NCBI GenBank assembly: GCA_903844775.1
Contig: CAIMUZ010000182.1
Location: forward strand, 312 to 64,311
Source of the DNA: an uncultured Burkholderiales bacterium
Lineage (GTDB): Bacteria > Pseudomonadota > Gammaproteobacteria > Burkholderiales > Burkholderiaceae_C
DNA: 64,000 nt
Direction: 5' to 3'
Of this stretch, positions 53,362 through 62,651 are shown one piece after another. Position numbers and translations under genes: made by a program. The notes under the pieces are model-generated. The model was given only the letters and a program-made list of their open reading frames with translations, was not told the origin of the DNA and did no database searches. How positions within the stretch are numbered: the first letter of the stretch is position 1; each line of letters opens with the position of its first letter.

Positions 53362-54512
53362 TAACTCTGACCAGAGCCCGAGGCAAGGTTTGAGCTAACC
53401 CACTGAATGGGAACAGAACGTTGTTGGGCAATGCGATCAGAAACACCCGTTCTGTCTTTGACATCCCCCGCAAGTTGACCGCAAGCGGCATCAATGTCGT
53501 CGCCCCTTGTTTTGCGAACAGTGGTGACAAATCCAGCTTGAATGAGGACGCTGGCAAATTGTTCAACAACGGTATTGTCTGAGCGCAGCAAGCCAGACTC
53601 TTTGAAAGGATTAAAGGGAATTAAGTTGAACTTGCATCGCAAGCCAAGTTGAGCATGCTTTCGAATCAGTTGAACGAGTTCTTGGGCATGAGAAATTTGA
53701 TCGTTAACGCCCTTGAGCATGCAATATTCAAAGGTGATGAAGTCACGGGGTGCTTTGGACAAATAAGCGGTGCACTCGGCCAGCAACTCATCCAGGGGAT
53801 ATTTGCGGTTGAGCGGAACCAGGTTGTCGCGAAGATCATCAGTCGGTGCATGCAAAGACACGGCCAAAGCCACCGGACAATCCTGCGACAGTCTTGCGAT
53901 CATGGGCACCACGCCCGATGTAGAAACGGTAACACGCCGGCGTGAAAGGCCATAGCCATGGTCGTCTAACATGGCTCTCAAGGACGGAATGAGTGCGTTG
54001 TAGTTTTGCAGGGGTTCACCCATGCCCATCATGACAACATTGGAAATGACGCGCTCTGTCTGATTCAAATGCTGACGCAAAAAATGTTCAGCAAACCATA
54101 GTTGTGAAAGAATTTCGGCGGTTGTCAGATTCCTGCTAAAGCCCTGATGGCCAGTAGAGCAAAAGCGACAGCCTACGGCGCAGCCTGCCTGAGAGGAGAT
54201 GCACAAGGTTCCGCGATCATCCTCAGGAATAAAAACTGTTTCTATGGCATCACCAGAGCCCACATCAAAAAGCCATTTGACAGTTCCGTCTTTTGAAATT
54301 TGCTCCGAAAGTTTGGGCAAAGCAGCAACGTGCGCATGAACTTTTAATTTTTCACGAAGCGTTTTGGCCAGATCGGACATGTCGTCAAAATTGGACATGC
54401 CACGTTGGTGAATCCAACGAAATAACTGGGTTGAGCGAAAACGTTTCTCGCCCAGCCCCTCACAAAAAACGGCCAAGCCTTCAAGGTCGAAATCAAGAAG
54501 GTTGACCGTCAT
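53361..54512 (-). CDS. rlmN: Dual-specificity RNA methyltransferase RlmN
   Basis: [21 protein letters not shown] and DIDAACGQL motifs. Confidence 0.97.
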   Translation of the reverse strand: MTVNLLDFDLEGLAVFCEGLGEKRFRSTQLFRWIHQRGMSNFDDMSDLAKTLREKLKVHAHVAALPKLSEQISKDGTVKWLFDVGSGDAIETVFIPEDDRGTLCISSQAGCAVGCRFCSTGHQGFSRNLTTAEILSQLWFAEHFLRQHLNQTERVISNVVMMGMGEPLQNYNALIPSLRAMLDDHGYGLSRRRVTVSTSGVVPMIARLSQDCPVALAVSLHAPTDDLRDNLVPLNRKYPLDELLAECTAYLSKAPRDFITFEYCMLKGVNDQISHAQELVQLIRKHAQLGLRCKFNLIPFNPFKESGLLRSDNTVVEQFASVLIQAGFVTTVRKTRGDDIDAACGQLAGDVKDRTGVSDRIAQQRSVPIQWVSSNLASGSGQS

Positions 54513-54546
54513 GGCGGAAGAATAAAAAGTTCTAAACCGCGGAATA

Positions 54547-54568
54547 GTGGCTGAAAAGTTTCAGCCGC
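54547..54568 (-). other. Stem-loop just after the ndk stop codon
   Basis: GTGGCTGAAA-AG-TTTCAGCCGC near-perfect inverted repeat without a strong U-tail. Confidence 0.5.
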
Positions 54569-54570
54569 TG

Positions 54571-54996
54571 TTAACGTGAGTAAACGTTCATACCGGGGAA
54601 GAAGAAACTCACTTCTACGGCAGCAGTTTCGGCAGCGTCAGAGCCGTGTACAGCATTGGCATCGATGCTGTCAGCAAAATCAGCACGAATGGTACCTGGC
54701 GCGGCTTTCTTAGGATCAGTCGCACCCATCAGGTCGCGATTTTTCAAGATGGCGCCTTCGCCTTCCAAAGCTTGGATCATGACGGGGCCGGAAATCATGA
54801 AATCAACCAAATCTTTAAAGAAGGGACGCTCTTTGTGAACGGCGTAGAAGGCTTCAGCTTCGCTGCGTGACAACTGCGCCATTTTAGAGGCGACCACTTT
54901 GAGACCAGCCGCTTCAAAACGCGCGTAAATTTGGCCGATGACGTTTTTAGCAACAGCGTCGGGTTTGATGATGGAGAGTGTTCGTTCAATAGCCAT
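54571..54996 (-). CDS. ndk: Nucleoside diphosphate kinase
   Basis: [19 protein letters not shown] and NAVHGSD motifs. Start at MAIERT. Confidence 0.98.
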   Translation of the reverse strand: MAIERTLSIIKPDAVAKNVIGQIYARFEAAGLKVVASKMAQLSRSEAEAFYAVHKERPFFKDLVDFMISGPVMIQALEGEGAILKNRDLMGATDPKKAAPGTIRADFADSIDANAVHGSDAAETAAVEVSFFFPGMNVYSR

Positions 54997-55148
54997 GATG
55001 AGATTCCTCAGTTTTATTTTAAAAATAGATGTTGAAAACCTTGTTTTCGAAGCCTGGTAAAGCACTTAAGCAAGCCTGCTATTCTAACCCGACCTAGGGG
55101 TTTCCCCAGCGGCGGCAAGGATTTGAAGGCCCTTGAAGGGCCATGAAA

Positions 55149-56342
55149 TTAACGGCTACGCCCGCCGCTACGGCGTGGCCCACCAGAGCGTCCACCAGGG
55201 CTCTGGGCCTTGCGTTGACGGCTCAAACTGTCAGCCCCAATGTAGCCGACAGAGGTTTTCAAGGGGTCAGGCTGCGAGTTGTCCTGAGGGCCTCTTTTTT
55301 GTGTTGATCGACCTTGTTCTTGCTTTGGAGCGCCAAAAGCACGATTCCTCGGATTTTTAAATTTGCGATCATGCGGACGTACGGCATCAGGTTCGACATC
55401 ATTTGCACGTTGCTGGGACGCTTCGCCCTTGTTTGCCGCGTGAGTTAAGGCCCTGATATCGGCTTCATCTAACTCCATGAAAGTACTGCGCCTCAAACCA
55501 TGGGGTAAAACCATCGCGCCATATCGAATGCGAATAAGACGACTGACAGCATGCCCCACGGCTTCCATCATGCGGCGGACCTCGCGGTTACGGCCTTCTG
55601 AAATGGTCACGCGATACCAGCAATTAGCGCCTTCACCGCCACCATTTTCAATTGAACCAAATTGGGCCATGCCATCTTCCAACATGACGCCGTCCAACAG
55701 TTTTTGTTTTTCTTCGTTGCTCAAAGCACCGAGAACACGAACGGCATATTCACGCTCAAGTCCAAATCGCGGGTGCATCAAACGATTGGCCAACTCACCA
55801 GAACTGGTAAAAAGCAACAAGCCTTCTGTGTTCAGGTCAAGCCTGCCAACCGATTGCCATTTGCCATGTTGCAGTCTGGGCAGTTTCCGAAAAACCGTGG
55901 GTCGATTCTTTGGGTCGTCGTGTGACACGATTTCACCCGCAGGTTTGTGATATGCAATAACGCGAGGTGGGGGTGGGTCAATGCGAATTCGCAAAGGCTT
56001 TCCGTTCACCTTAACTTGATCGCCGTACTGAATTCGCTGACCAATGTGGGCAGGCTCGTTGTTAACGGAGATACGGCCTTCCAGAATCAATTGCTCCATT
56101 TCCAAGCGGGAGCCTAATCCTGCTTGTGCCAAAACTTTGTGCAACTTGGGTGACTCTGCTTGGGGCGCTAAAACACGTTTGGTCATCAGGGGTGAAATAA
56201 CACCGTCAGCGTCTTGATCGAACTGGCCCGAGACAACATCCTCAATGGCGATTGGCTTCAAGACGTCTTGCGTTGACCTTGGCGCCAAGGAATTGTCTGG
56301 CGCGACAACCGTCGGGCCTGAAAGATCTGAAGGTTCATTCAT
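55149..56342 (-). CDS. rluB: 23S rRNA pseudouridine synthase RluB
   Basis: S4 domain [26 protein letters not shown] and [10 protein letters not shown]. Start at 56342 overlaps the scpB stop. Confidence 0.9.
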   Translation of the reverse strand: MNEPSDLSGPTVVAPDNSLAPRSTQDVLKPIAIEDVVSGQFDQDADGVISPLMTKRVLAPQAESPKLHKVLAQAGLGSRLEMEQLILEGRISVNNEPAHIGQRIQYGDQVKVNGKPLRIRIDPPPPRVIAYHKPAGEIVSHDDPKNRPTVFRKLPRLQHGKWQSVGRLDLNTEGLLLFTSSGELANRLMHPRFGLEREYAVRVLGALSNEEKQKLLDGVMLEDGMAQFGSIENGGGEGANCWYRVTISEGRNREVRRMMEAVGHAVSRLIRIRYGAMVLPHGLRRSTFMELDEADIRALTHAANKGEASQQRANDVEPDAVRPHDRKFKNPRNRAFGAPKQEQGRSTQKRGPQDNSQPDPLKTSVGYIGADSLSRQRKAQSPGGRSGGPRRSGGRSR

Positions 56343-57033
56343 GGGAATGGCCTTCGGGTTGTTCTGGGGATGAAATGGTCGGGACAGAGTCTGAAGCTTC
56401 TGGTTCTGCGGCTGCACCTGCTGCTGCTTCAGTCTCTTCAAGAGCATCTTCCAAAGACAAGGTGGCTTGACTGGTATCCGCCTCAGGCGTATTGAGTGAG
56501 GCCAAGGCCGCGGCTTGACTGTCTACAGAAGGCATCAATGGCAATTGGTCCAAAGAAGCAATCCCCAGGTCGTCCAAAAAGTGACGGGTTGTGGCATAGA
56601 GGCCAGGCCGCCCCACAGATTCCCGGTGACCAATCACTTCAACCCAGCCACGATCTTCCAGCTGCTTCAAGATTTGAGTGTTGATGGTCACGCCGCGAAT
56701 GTCCTCCATGTCGCCACGCGTCACCGGTTGCCTGTAAGCAATGATCGCCAATGTTTCCATGACAGCCCGTGTGTATTTGGGAGGCTTTTCCGGGTTCAGT
56801 TTGTCCAAATAGGACCGCAACTCGGGTCGACTTTGGAATCGCCAACCCGTGGCAACAGAGACCAGTTCAAGGCCACGTTCAGCCCAATCCAGTTGAAGTT
56901 CCTCAAGGAGGGTTTTAAGCGTGTCTGTACCCAGTGCATCGTCAAACAAAACGCGCATGTCACGGACCGTCACAGGCTGAGTTGAGCAGAGCAATGCAGT
57001 TTCAAGGACACGCTTGGCTTGCGCCGTGTTCAT
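56335..57033 (-). CDS. scpB: SMC-Scp complex subunit ScpB
   Basis: [30 protein letters not shown] and FLDDLG motifs. Confidence 0.95.
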   Translation of the reverse strand: MNTAQAKRVLETALLCSTQPVTVRDMRVLFDDALGTDTLKTLLEELQLDWAERGLELVSVATGWRFQSRPELRSYLDKLNPEKPPKYTRAVMETLAIIAYRQPVTRGDMEDIRGVTINTQILKQLEDRGWVEVIGHRESVGRPGLYATTRHFLDDLGIASLDQLPLMPSVDSQAAALASLNTPEADTSQATLSLEDALEETEAAAGAAAEPEASDSVPTISSPEQPEGHSHE

Positions 57034-57185
57034 GGTGTCAATCTTCCGCGATAAAAGCGCCGAGGGCGCGAAATGGGACGCATGCCTTGGTTCAAATCAA
57101 CCAGGGGCAGACAAAGTCTGCTTCTGCGTCACTTCAATGGATTAAAGTCAAACTTACGATTGGCTTTGAGACCTGAGTATCAGGT
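57034..57185 (-). promoter_or_regulatory. Candidate structured 5' leader RNA of scpB-rluB
   Basis: Five to six short inverted repeats, including a nested three-way junction. Upstream TACAAT -10-like box at 57197-57192. Confidence 0.45.
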
Positions 57186-58202
57186 AGTTTCATTGTAACT
57201 GAGTGACCAAGCTTGCAGCAAATTCTGGAAGTCTGAAGGCAATTCAGACTGAAAATTCATAGGCTGTCCTGTGATGGGGTGCTCAAATCCCAATTTTTCT
57301 GCATGCAAGGCTTGCCTTGGCATTAAGGGGTTAGAGGTTCCCCCGTACAAATGATCCCCCAGCATGGGCATTTTGAGGGATGCCATGTGAACTCGGATTT
57401 GATGGGTTCTGCCCGTCTCCAAAATGCAACGCACAAGAGCGCCATGTTGATTTTGGTCAAGCACACGAAAATGGGTTAGAGCCAACTTGCCAGAATTTTT
57501 GGACAAATCGACAGCCGCCATTCTCAATCGGTTGCTTGGATCTCTGCCAATGGGCAAGTCAATCGATTTTTGTTTGGGCCCCACCCAAGCTTTATCGCTG
57601 ATGGTTAAATATTGGCGCTTCACTTCCCTGCTCGCTATTTTCTTGACCAAAGCGTCCATGGCTTGTCGAGTCCGTGCGACGACCATCAGGCCACTTGTGT
57701 CTTTGTCTAGTCGGTGAACGATGCCAGCCCTTGGCAAATCCATGAGGGCGTGGTCTAAACCGAGCAGTCCATTCATCAAAGTACCGGACCAATTTCCAGG
57801 AGCAGGATGAACCACCAAACCAGCCGGCTTATCGATGATTCTTAAATACGCATCTTCAAAAATGACGTTGATATCGAGCAATTCTGGTTTGAATGCTTGC
57901 GATTGTGGCGTTGCCCTGAGTTCTATGGTCCAAATTTCGCCAGCTTTGACCTTGAGAGAAGCCTTGGTATAAATCTGACCTAGTCGAGTAACTGCACCAT
58001 CTTCTAGCAGTTGCTGCAAATAACTTCTGGAAAACTCCGTCACCGAGGTGGCCAGCATTTTGTCCAGGCGCTCGCCATGAAGTTCAGGGCCAACCTTCAA
58101 CTCCCGGACCTCATCCAAAGGGGCAGACAGCCCAGATTCCAAGAAACTGTCTTCTTGAAGATCTTCGGACTCGCCCAGATCAATGCTGCTCGATATAATC
58201 AA
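57180..58202 (-). CDS. rluD: 23S rRNA pseudouridine synthase RluD
   Basis: DKPAGLVVHP, GIVHRLDKDTSG, LETGRTHQIRVH and RQALHA motifs. Divergent from bamD; start uncertain. Confidence 0.93.
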   Translation of the reverse strand: MIISSSIDLGESEDLQEDSFLESGLSAPLDEVRELKVGPELHGERLDKMLATSVTEFSRSYLQQLLEDGAVTRLGQIYTKASLKVKAGEIWTIELRATPQSQAFKPELLDINVIFEDAYLRIIDKPAGLVVHPAPGNWSGTLMNGLLGLDHALMDLPRAGIVHRLDKDTSGLMVVARTRQAMDALVKKIASREVKRQYLTISDKAWVGPKQKSIDLPIGRDPSNRLRMAAVDLSKNSGKLALTHFRVLDQNQHGALVRCILETGRTHQIRVHMASLKMPMLGDHLYGGTSNPLMPRQALHAEKLGFEHPITGQPMNFQSELPSDFQNLLQAWSLSYNETT

Positions 58203-58227
58203 TTTGGTTTATTTCCAAGGTTGCCAG

Positions 58228-59025
58228 ATGTTGAAGATCAGATTATCGGTGCTTGCGCTTTCGTTTGTTGGCTCAGTCATCACATTGCTTGCCGGATGCA
58301 CCAGCACGCCCTCTGACCCCACGTCAGGGTGGACGCCTGAAAAAATTTACAGCGAAGCACGTGGTGAAGCTTCAGCAGGAGCCTGGGACAGAGCCGCCAT
58401 GTTGTTTGACAAACTGGAAGGCCGGGCTGCTGGGACCCCCCTTGCACAGCAGGCTCAGATCGAGAAGGCTTACGCTCAATACCGCGCAACCGATAAAGTT
58501 CAAGCCATTGCCACTTTGGACCGCTTCTTAAAGCTGCATCCCGCCAGCCCAGCGATCGACTATGCGCTGTACCTCAAAGGTTTGGTTAACTTCAATGACA
58601 ATTTGGGCCTGTTCTCATTCATTACCCAGCAAGATTTGTCAGAACGTGACCAGAAAGCCGCCAAAGATTCCTTTGAATCGTTCAAGGAATTGGTCAATCG
58701 ATTTCCAGATTCCAAATACGCAACTGATTCGCGACAACGCATGGCTTACATTGTCAATTCACTGGCCTCCTACGAAGTTCATGTGGCCCGTTATTACTTC
58801 AGCAAAGGAGCCTACGTGGCCGCTGTGAATCGGGCTCAAGTTGCCATCACCGATTACCCCGGGGTGCCGGCAAACAAGGAAGCCCTAGAGATCATGGTGA
58901 AAGCATACGACGCCATGGGCATGAAAGAATTGAAGGCAGACTCGCAACGTGTGTTTGATAAAAACTTTCCTGATGCCTCTAAATCTGAGCCTAAAAAGTC
59001 GAGTTCGTGGTGGAAGTTTTGGTGA
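58228..59025 (+). CDS. bamD: Outer membrane protein assembly factor BamD
   Basis: Lipobox LAGC, DYALYLKGL, FPDSKY and VARYY...AAVNRA motifs. Confidence 0.95.
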   Translation: MLKIRLSVLALSFVGSVITLLAGCTSTPSDPTSGWTPEKIYSEARGEASAGAWDRAAMLFDKLEGRAAGTPLAQQAQIEKAYAQYRATDKVQAIATLDRFLKLHPASPAIDYALYLKGLVNFNDNLGLFSFITQQDLSERDQKAAKDSFESFKELVNRFPDSKYATDSRQRMAYIVNSLASYEVHVARYYFSKGAYVAAVNRAQVAITDYPGVPANKEALEIMVKAYDAMGMKELKADSQRVFDKNFPDASKSEPKKSSSWWKFW

Positions 59026-61051
59026 GATTCAATAAAGTCTCCTCGTAATCAGATTCCGTTTCGATTTTTCTCATCGGTGGCAAGCAGGCCATCAAACGTC
59101 TGCCATAAGCCATGCCCGTTAAACGGGGGTCGCAGACCACCAACATCCCTCTGTCTGTTTCGCTGCGAATCAAACGCCCTGCCCCTTGTTTCAGCGCAAC
59201 CGCTGCCTCGGGCAAACTGTAATCAGAAAATGAGCTTTTACCCATGCACTCCAAGCGTTGAGAACGAGCCTCAACCAAAGGATCGTTGGGCGGTGGAAAA
59301 GGTAATTTATCAATCACCACCAATTGCAGTGCATCGCCTGGCACATCAAAGCCCTCCCAGAAAGAAGCAGATGCAACTAAAACACAGCCCAAACCCCCTT
59401 GAAGATTACCCTCGCGAAATCGCTCCATCAAGCGACGCTTAGACCCTTGGCCTTGCACCAGTACTTCGAGCTCACCAGATTGCGCCAAGGCAGAAGTCAG
59501 TGATTCACCAATGTTGCGCATGGCATTGAGGGTGGTGGTTAAGACCAACGTACGCCCCCCCAGTTGACGTGCCGACTTCTCGACAAAATGAGCGACAGCT
59601 TGCGTGTGTGAAAAATCATTGGGTTTAGGCATGCCTTTGGGTACATAAATTGCCGACATGCCTTGGTAATCAAAAGGGCTTGCCACTCTGAGCTTGCGTG
59701 CATGCGAAAGACCACAGGGCTCTGCAAACCATTTCATTTGGTCATCTTCTCCCAAAGTGGCTGAAGTAAAAACCCATGATCTTTGTTGGCCACTTGAAGA
59801 CACATTGTGCTCAGAGGGAGCATCTACCCTTGCCTCGGGGCTCTGGGAGTTGCGATTTAACATGTGCGTCTGAACTGCCAGCGAGATGTCCAAGGGTGAT
59901 TCCACCAAACGCATTTGAGTGCCTACCTCCACCCAACGCACCGAACCTTCAGCACAAGGTTCTTGAAAAAGCGAGATGGCCTTTAACTGCAAATTAACAC
60001 GCTCATGCAATCGGACGAAATCAGGCGCCATTTCACTGACGGTATCAAGCGCAGCTTGTGCCGCATTCAATGCAACTTGCAACTGCGCCGTGGCAGTCAG
60101 CCAATTGGCAGTTTCAATGCCATCAGGCACAGGGTCTGCCCATCGAAGCCTGGTACCAGCGCGCGCATCTTGGGCGGTGAGGCGCAAATCACGAATTGAT
60201 TTTTCTAGAACACTGCAGATGAGTGTCCAATCAACCAGCCCTCGGGCCCATTGAACACCTGCGCCGAGTATGTCGCGGGTCAACTCCAGCAGCTGGCTGG
60301 TACTTAAATGTTGACCTAAAAAATTGATCCCAATTTCATTGAGTTGGTGCGCTTCATCGAAGACTACTGATTGAACGGATGGCAATAGCTCTGCCATGCC
60401 GGTCTCGCGCACATTAAGATCTGCAAAAAACAAATGGTGATTGATCACCACCACGTCGGCGGACATGGCCTCCTTGCGTGCCAAGTTGACATGGCATGAT
60501 TTGAAATTGGGACACGGCGAACCAAGGCAGTTGTCTCGGGTTGAGGTCACCAAAGGAATCACAGGCGATCGATCGTCTAAACCAGACAACTCAGACAAAT
60601 CGCCCGTGCGCGTCGATTGAGACCACGTTTCAATTTTGCTCAAGGCATGGGCGTGAATTCTGAGCGATGCATCATGGCTTTGGCGCGCATGAGACAACCG
60701 AAGTGTGCACAAATAACTAGAGCGTCCTTTTAAAAGCGCGACACGCACAGGCAACTTCAAAACTTCAACCAGCTTGGGAATGTCCCTGGAAAAAAGTTGA
60801 TCCTGGAGTGCCTTTGTTGCAGTTGATACCAGAGCCCTCTGACCGCTCAACAAGACAGGCACCAAATAGGCATAGGTTTTACCAACGCCAGTACCCGCTT
60901 CAACAACCAGCTCACCGCCTGAAGAAATGGTTTCGGCGACAGCCAGCGCCATGTCAGTTTGACCAGTACGGGGTTTAAATTGGGGCGTTGTTTGCGCTAA
61001 AACGCCATCACCTCTAAAAACCGCCGCAACAGCTTGGAGGTAGTCACTCAA
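58991..61051 (-). CDS. DinG/YoaA family ATP-dependent DNA helicase
   Basis: EAGTGVGKT, KGRSSYLC, DEAH, SATL, WEGFD and QGAGRLIR motifs. Confidence 0.92.
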   Translation of the reverse strand: MSDYLQAVAAVFRGDGVLAQTTPQFKPRTGQTDMALAVAETISSGGELVVEAGTGVGKTYAYLVPVLLSGQRALVSTATKALQDQLFSRDIPKLVEVLKLPVRVALLKGRSSYLCTLRLSHARQSHDASLRIHAHALSKIETWSQSTRTGDLSELSGLDDRSPVIPLVTSTRDNCLGSPCPNFKSCHVNLARKEAMSADVVVINHHLFFADLNVRETGMAELLPSVQSVVFDEAHQLNEIGINFLGQHLSTSQLLELTRDILGAGVQWARGLVDWTLICSVLEKSIRDLRLTAQDARAGTRLRWADPVPDGIETANWLTATAQLQVALNAAQAALDTVSEMAPDFVRLHERVNLQLKAISLFQEPCAEGSVRWVEVGTQMRLVESPLDISLAVQTHMLNRNSQSPEARVDAPSEHNVSSSGQQRSWVFTSATLGEDDQMKWFAEPCGLSHARKLRVASPFDYQGMSAIYVPKGMPKPNDFSHTQAVAHFVEKSARQLGGRTLVLTTTLNAMRNIGESLTSALAQSGELEVLVQGQGSKRRLMERFREGNLQGGLGCVLVASASFWEGFDVPGDALQLVVIDKLPFPPPNDPLVEARSQRLECMGKSSFSDYSLPEAAVALKQGAGRLIRSETDRGMLVVCDPRLTGMAYGRRLMACLPPMRKIETESDYEETLLNLTKTSTTNSTF

Positions 61052-61461
61052 GGTGTGACCTTGCTTTTAATTGGTGAGGTTTTATCAAGTGCTGCATCAT
61101 GGGCAGAGCGATGCGTCTGCTGCTCTGCTTTGTCTGAGAGTCGTTGTTGACGGAGAATTTCTTTCAATTCTCGGCGTTTGGCATTCAAACCAATTTCGCG
61201 CTGATCTAAAGGCGCAAGCATTTGATATTGCAACCTTTTCACTTTAATCAGGCAATCGTTCACAGCAAACTCTTTCCAACAGGCGGTTGAGTTGAATTGA
61301 AATTTCTCTGCAACTTCTTTTTTTTGCCGCTCTATCGAGATCAATTCATCTGAGAGCACATTCAATTCGCGAGTCGTTTCTAAGCCTGCGGAGATCGCAG
61401 CACTCCAGCTAAAGAACACACTTCCAATCAAATAAATGAACGATTTCAAAATCAGACTCAT
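61048..61461 (-). CDS. Hypothetical exported coiled-coil protein
   Basis: Hydrophobic N-terminus, CWKEFAVNDC Cys pair and charged helical remainder. Overlaps both neighbours by 4 bp. Confidence 0.7.
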   Translation of the reverse strand: MSLILKSFIYLIGSVFFSWSAAISAGLETTRELNVLSDELISIERQKKEVAEKFQFNSTACWKEFAVNDCLIKVKRLQYQMLAPLDQREIGLNAKRRELKEILRQQRLSDKAEQQTHRSAHDAALDKTSPIKSKVTP

Positions 61462-62555
61462 GTGATGTGTGTGTCGACAGTTCGATGCTCGAGGGCTAAA
61501 AATTCAGACGATTGCATTTCGTGCAATCGTGAAATGGTTCTTGGAAATTCATGCGCTAAGGGCCCTTGGGTATAAAGGGCTTCGGGTGCAACCTCAGCCG
61601 AAAGTATCAATTTAACACGCCTGTCATACAGAACATCAATCAGCCACGTAAATCGCCTTGCTTCGGATGCCAACCGAGGCGGCATCATAGGCACATTGCT
61701 AAGCAAAACAGTATGGAACTGGGTCGCGATTTCAAGGTAATCATTTTGCGATCGGGGGCCGCCACACAAATTTTTAAAATCAAACCAAACAACGCCACCA
61801 GCGCGGCGACGTGACTTAATTTCTCGAGCTTCAATGTGGAGTACAGGATCCTCGTCGTGGCTGCTGACAAGTTGATTAAAGGCTTCCGCCATGGCGTCGT
61901 CGGCCTCAGCCCCCCATGGACAGTGATACAACTTCACCATCTCTAAGGTACGACGACGATAATCTGTGCCATTGTCAACATTCAACACCTCCATGCGCTC
62001 ATTCAATAGCGCTATAGCGGGCAGTATGCGGTCGCGGTGCAAGCCGTCGGGATAGAGATTGTCTGGCTTGAAGTTGGAGGTCGTGACAAAACTCACGCCA
62101 TTTTTAAACAAAGAGATCAACAAGCGATGCAAGATCATCGCATCGGTGATATCGGCCACGTGAAACTCATCAAAACAAATGAGTTGGTAGCGCTTGGCCA
62201 TTCGTCGTCCCAGCTCGTCCAAGGGGTTGACAGTGCCTTGCATCAAGGCCAATTCTCTGTGGACCTCCCGCATAAACTCGTGAAAATGCAAACGCGTTTT
62301 GTCCTTGACGGGTACTGCGTTGTAAAAACAGTCCATCAAAAAACTCTTACCGCGACCAACACCACCAAACATGTAAACGCCTTGGGGCAGGTCTGGTTTC
62401 TTCTTCAAAAACCGCAATGGACTATTGATGATTTCTTGATAACGAGCCCATTCATTGGCACAACGCTCCAAAGCCTCCACCGCTTTGAGTTGCGCAGGGT
62501 CAGCCTGATACCCTCGGTTCAGAAGTTCTTGGTCGTAGGCTGCTCTAACGGACAT
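61458..62555 (-). CDS. zapE: Cell division protein ZapE (AFG1-like ATPase)
   Basis: GGVGRGKS, HFHEFM, CFDEF, TTSN and RRFTWLIDVLYD motifs. Confidence 0.93.
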   Translation of the reverse strand: MSVRAAYDQELLNRGYQADPAQLKAVEALERCANEWARYQEIINSPLRFLKKKPDLPQGVYMFGGVGRGKSFLMDCFYNAVPVKDKTRLHFHEFMREVHRELALMQGTVNPLDELGRRMAKRYQLICFDEFHVADITDAMILHRLLISLFKNGVSFVTTSNFKPDNLYPDGLHRDRILPAIALLNERMEVLNVDNGTDYRRRTLEMVKLYHCPWGAEADDAMAEAFNQLVSSHDEDPVLHIEAREIKSRRRAGGVVWFDFKNLCGGPRSQNDYLEIATQFHTVLLSNVPMMPPRLASEARRFTWLIDVLYDRRVKLILSAEVAPEALYTQGPLAHEFPRTISRLHEMQSSEFLALEHRTVDTHIT

Positions 62556-62600
62556 GGGTTATATGCTCTGGAAAATGCTGAAAAAGGTTCTTTGAAATTA

Positions 62601-62625
62601 GAAAACCCGGGACAGGCCCGGGCTT
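62601..62625 (-). terminator. Putative intrinsic terminator after lpdA
   Basis: Minus strand reads CCCGGG-CCTGT-CCCGGG followed by TTTTCT. Confidence 0.55.
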
Positions 62626-62651
62626 AGTAGTTTAACGGTGCTTGAGAAAAC

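Noticed and set aside
57074-57130. tRNA gene in the rluD-scpB spacer
   Set aside because: It is only about 57 nt, with two internal arms, no TTCRA T-loop and no anticodon arm. Kept only as a structured-RNA candidate.
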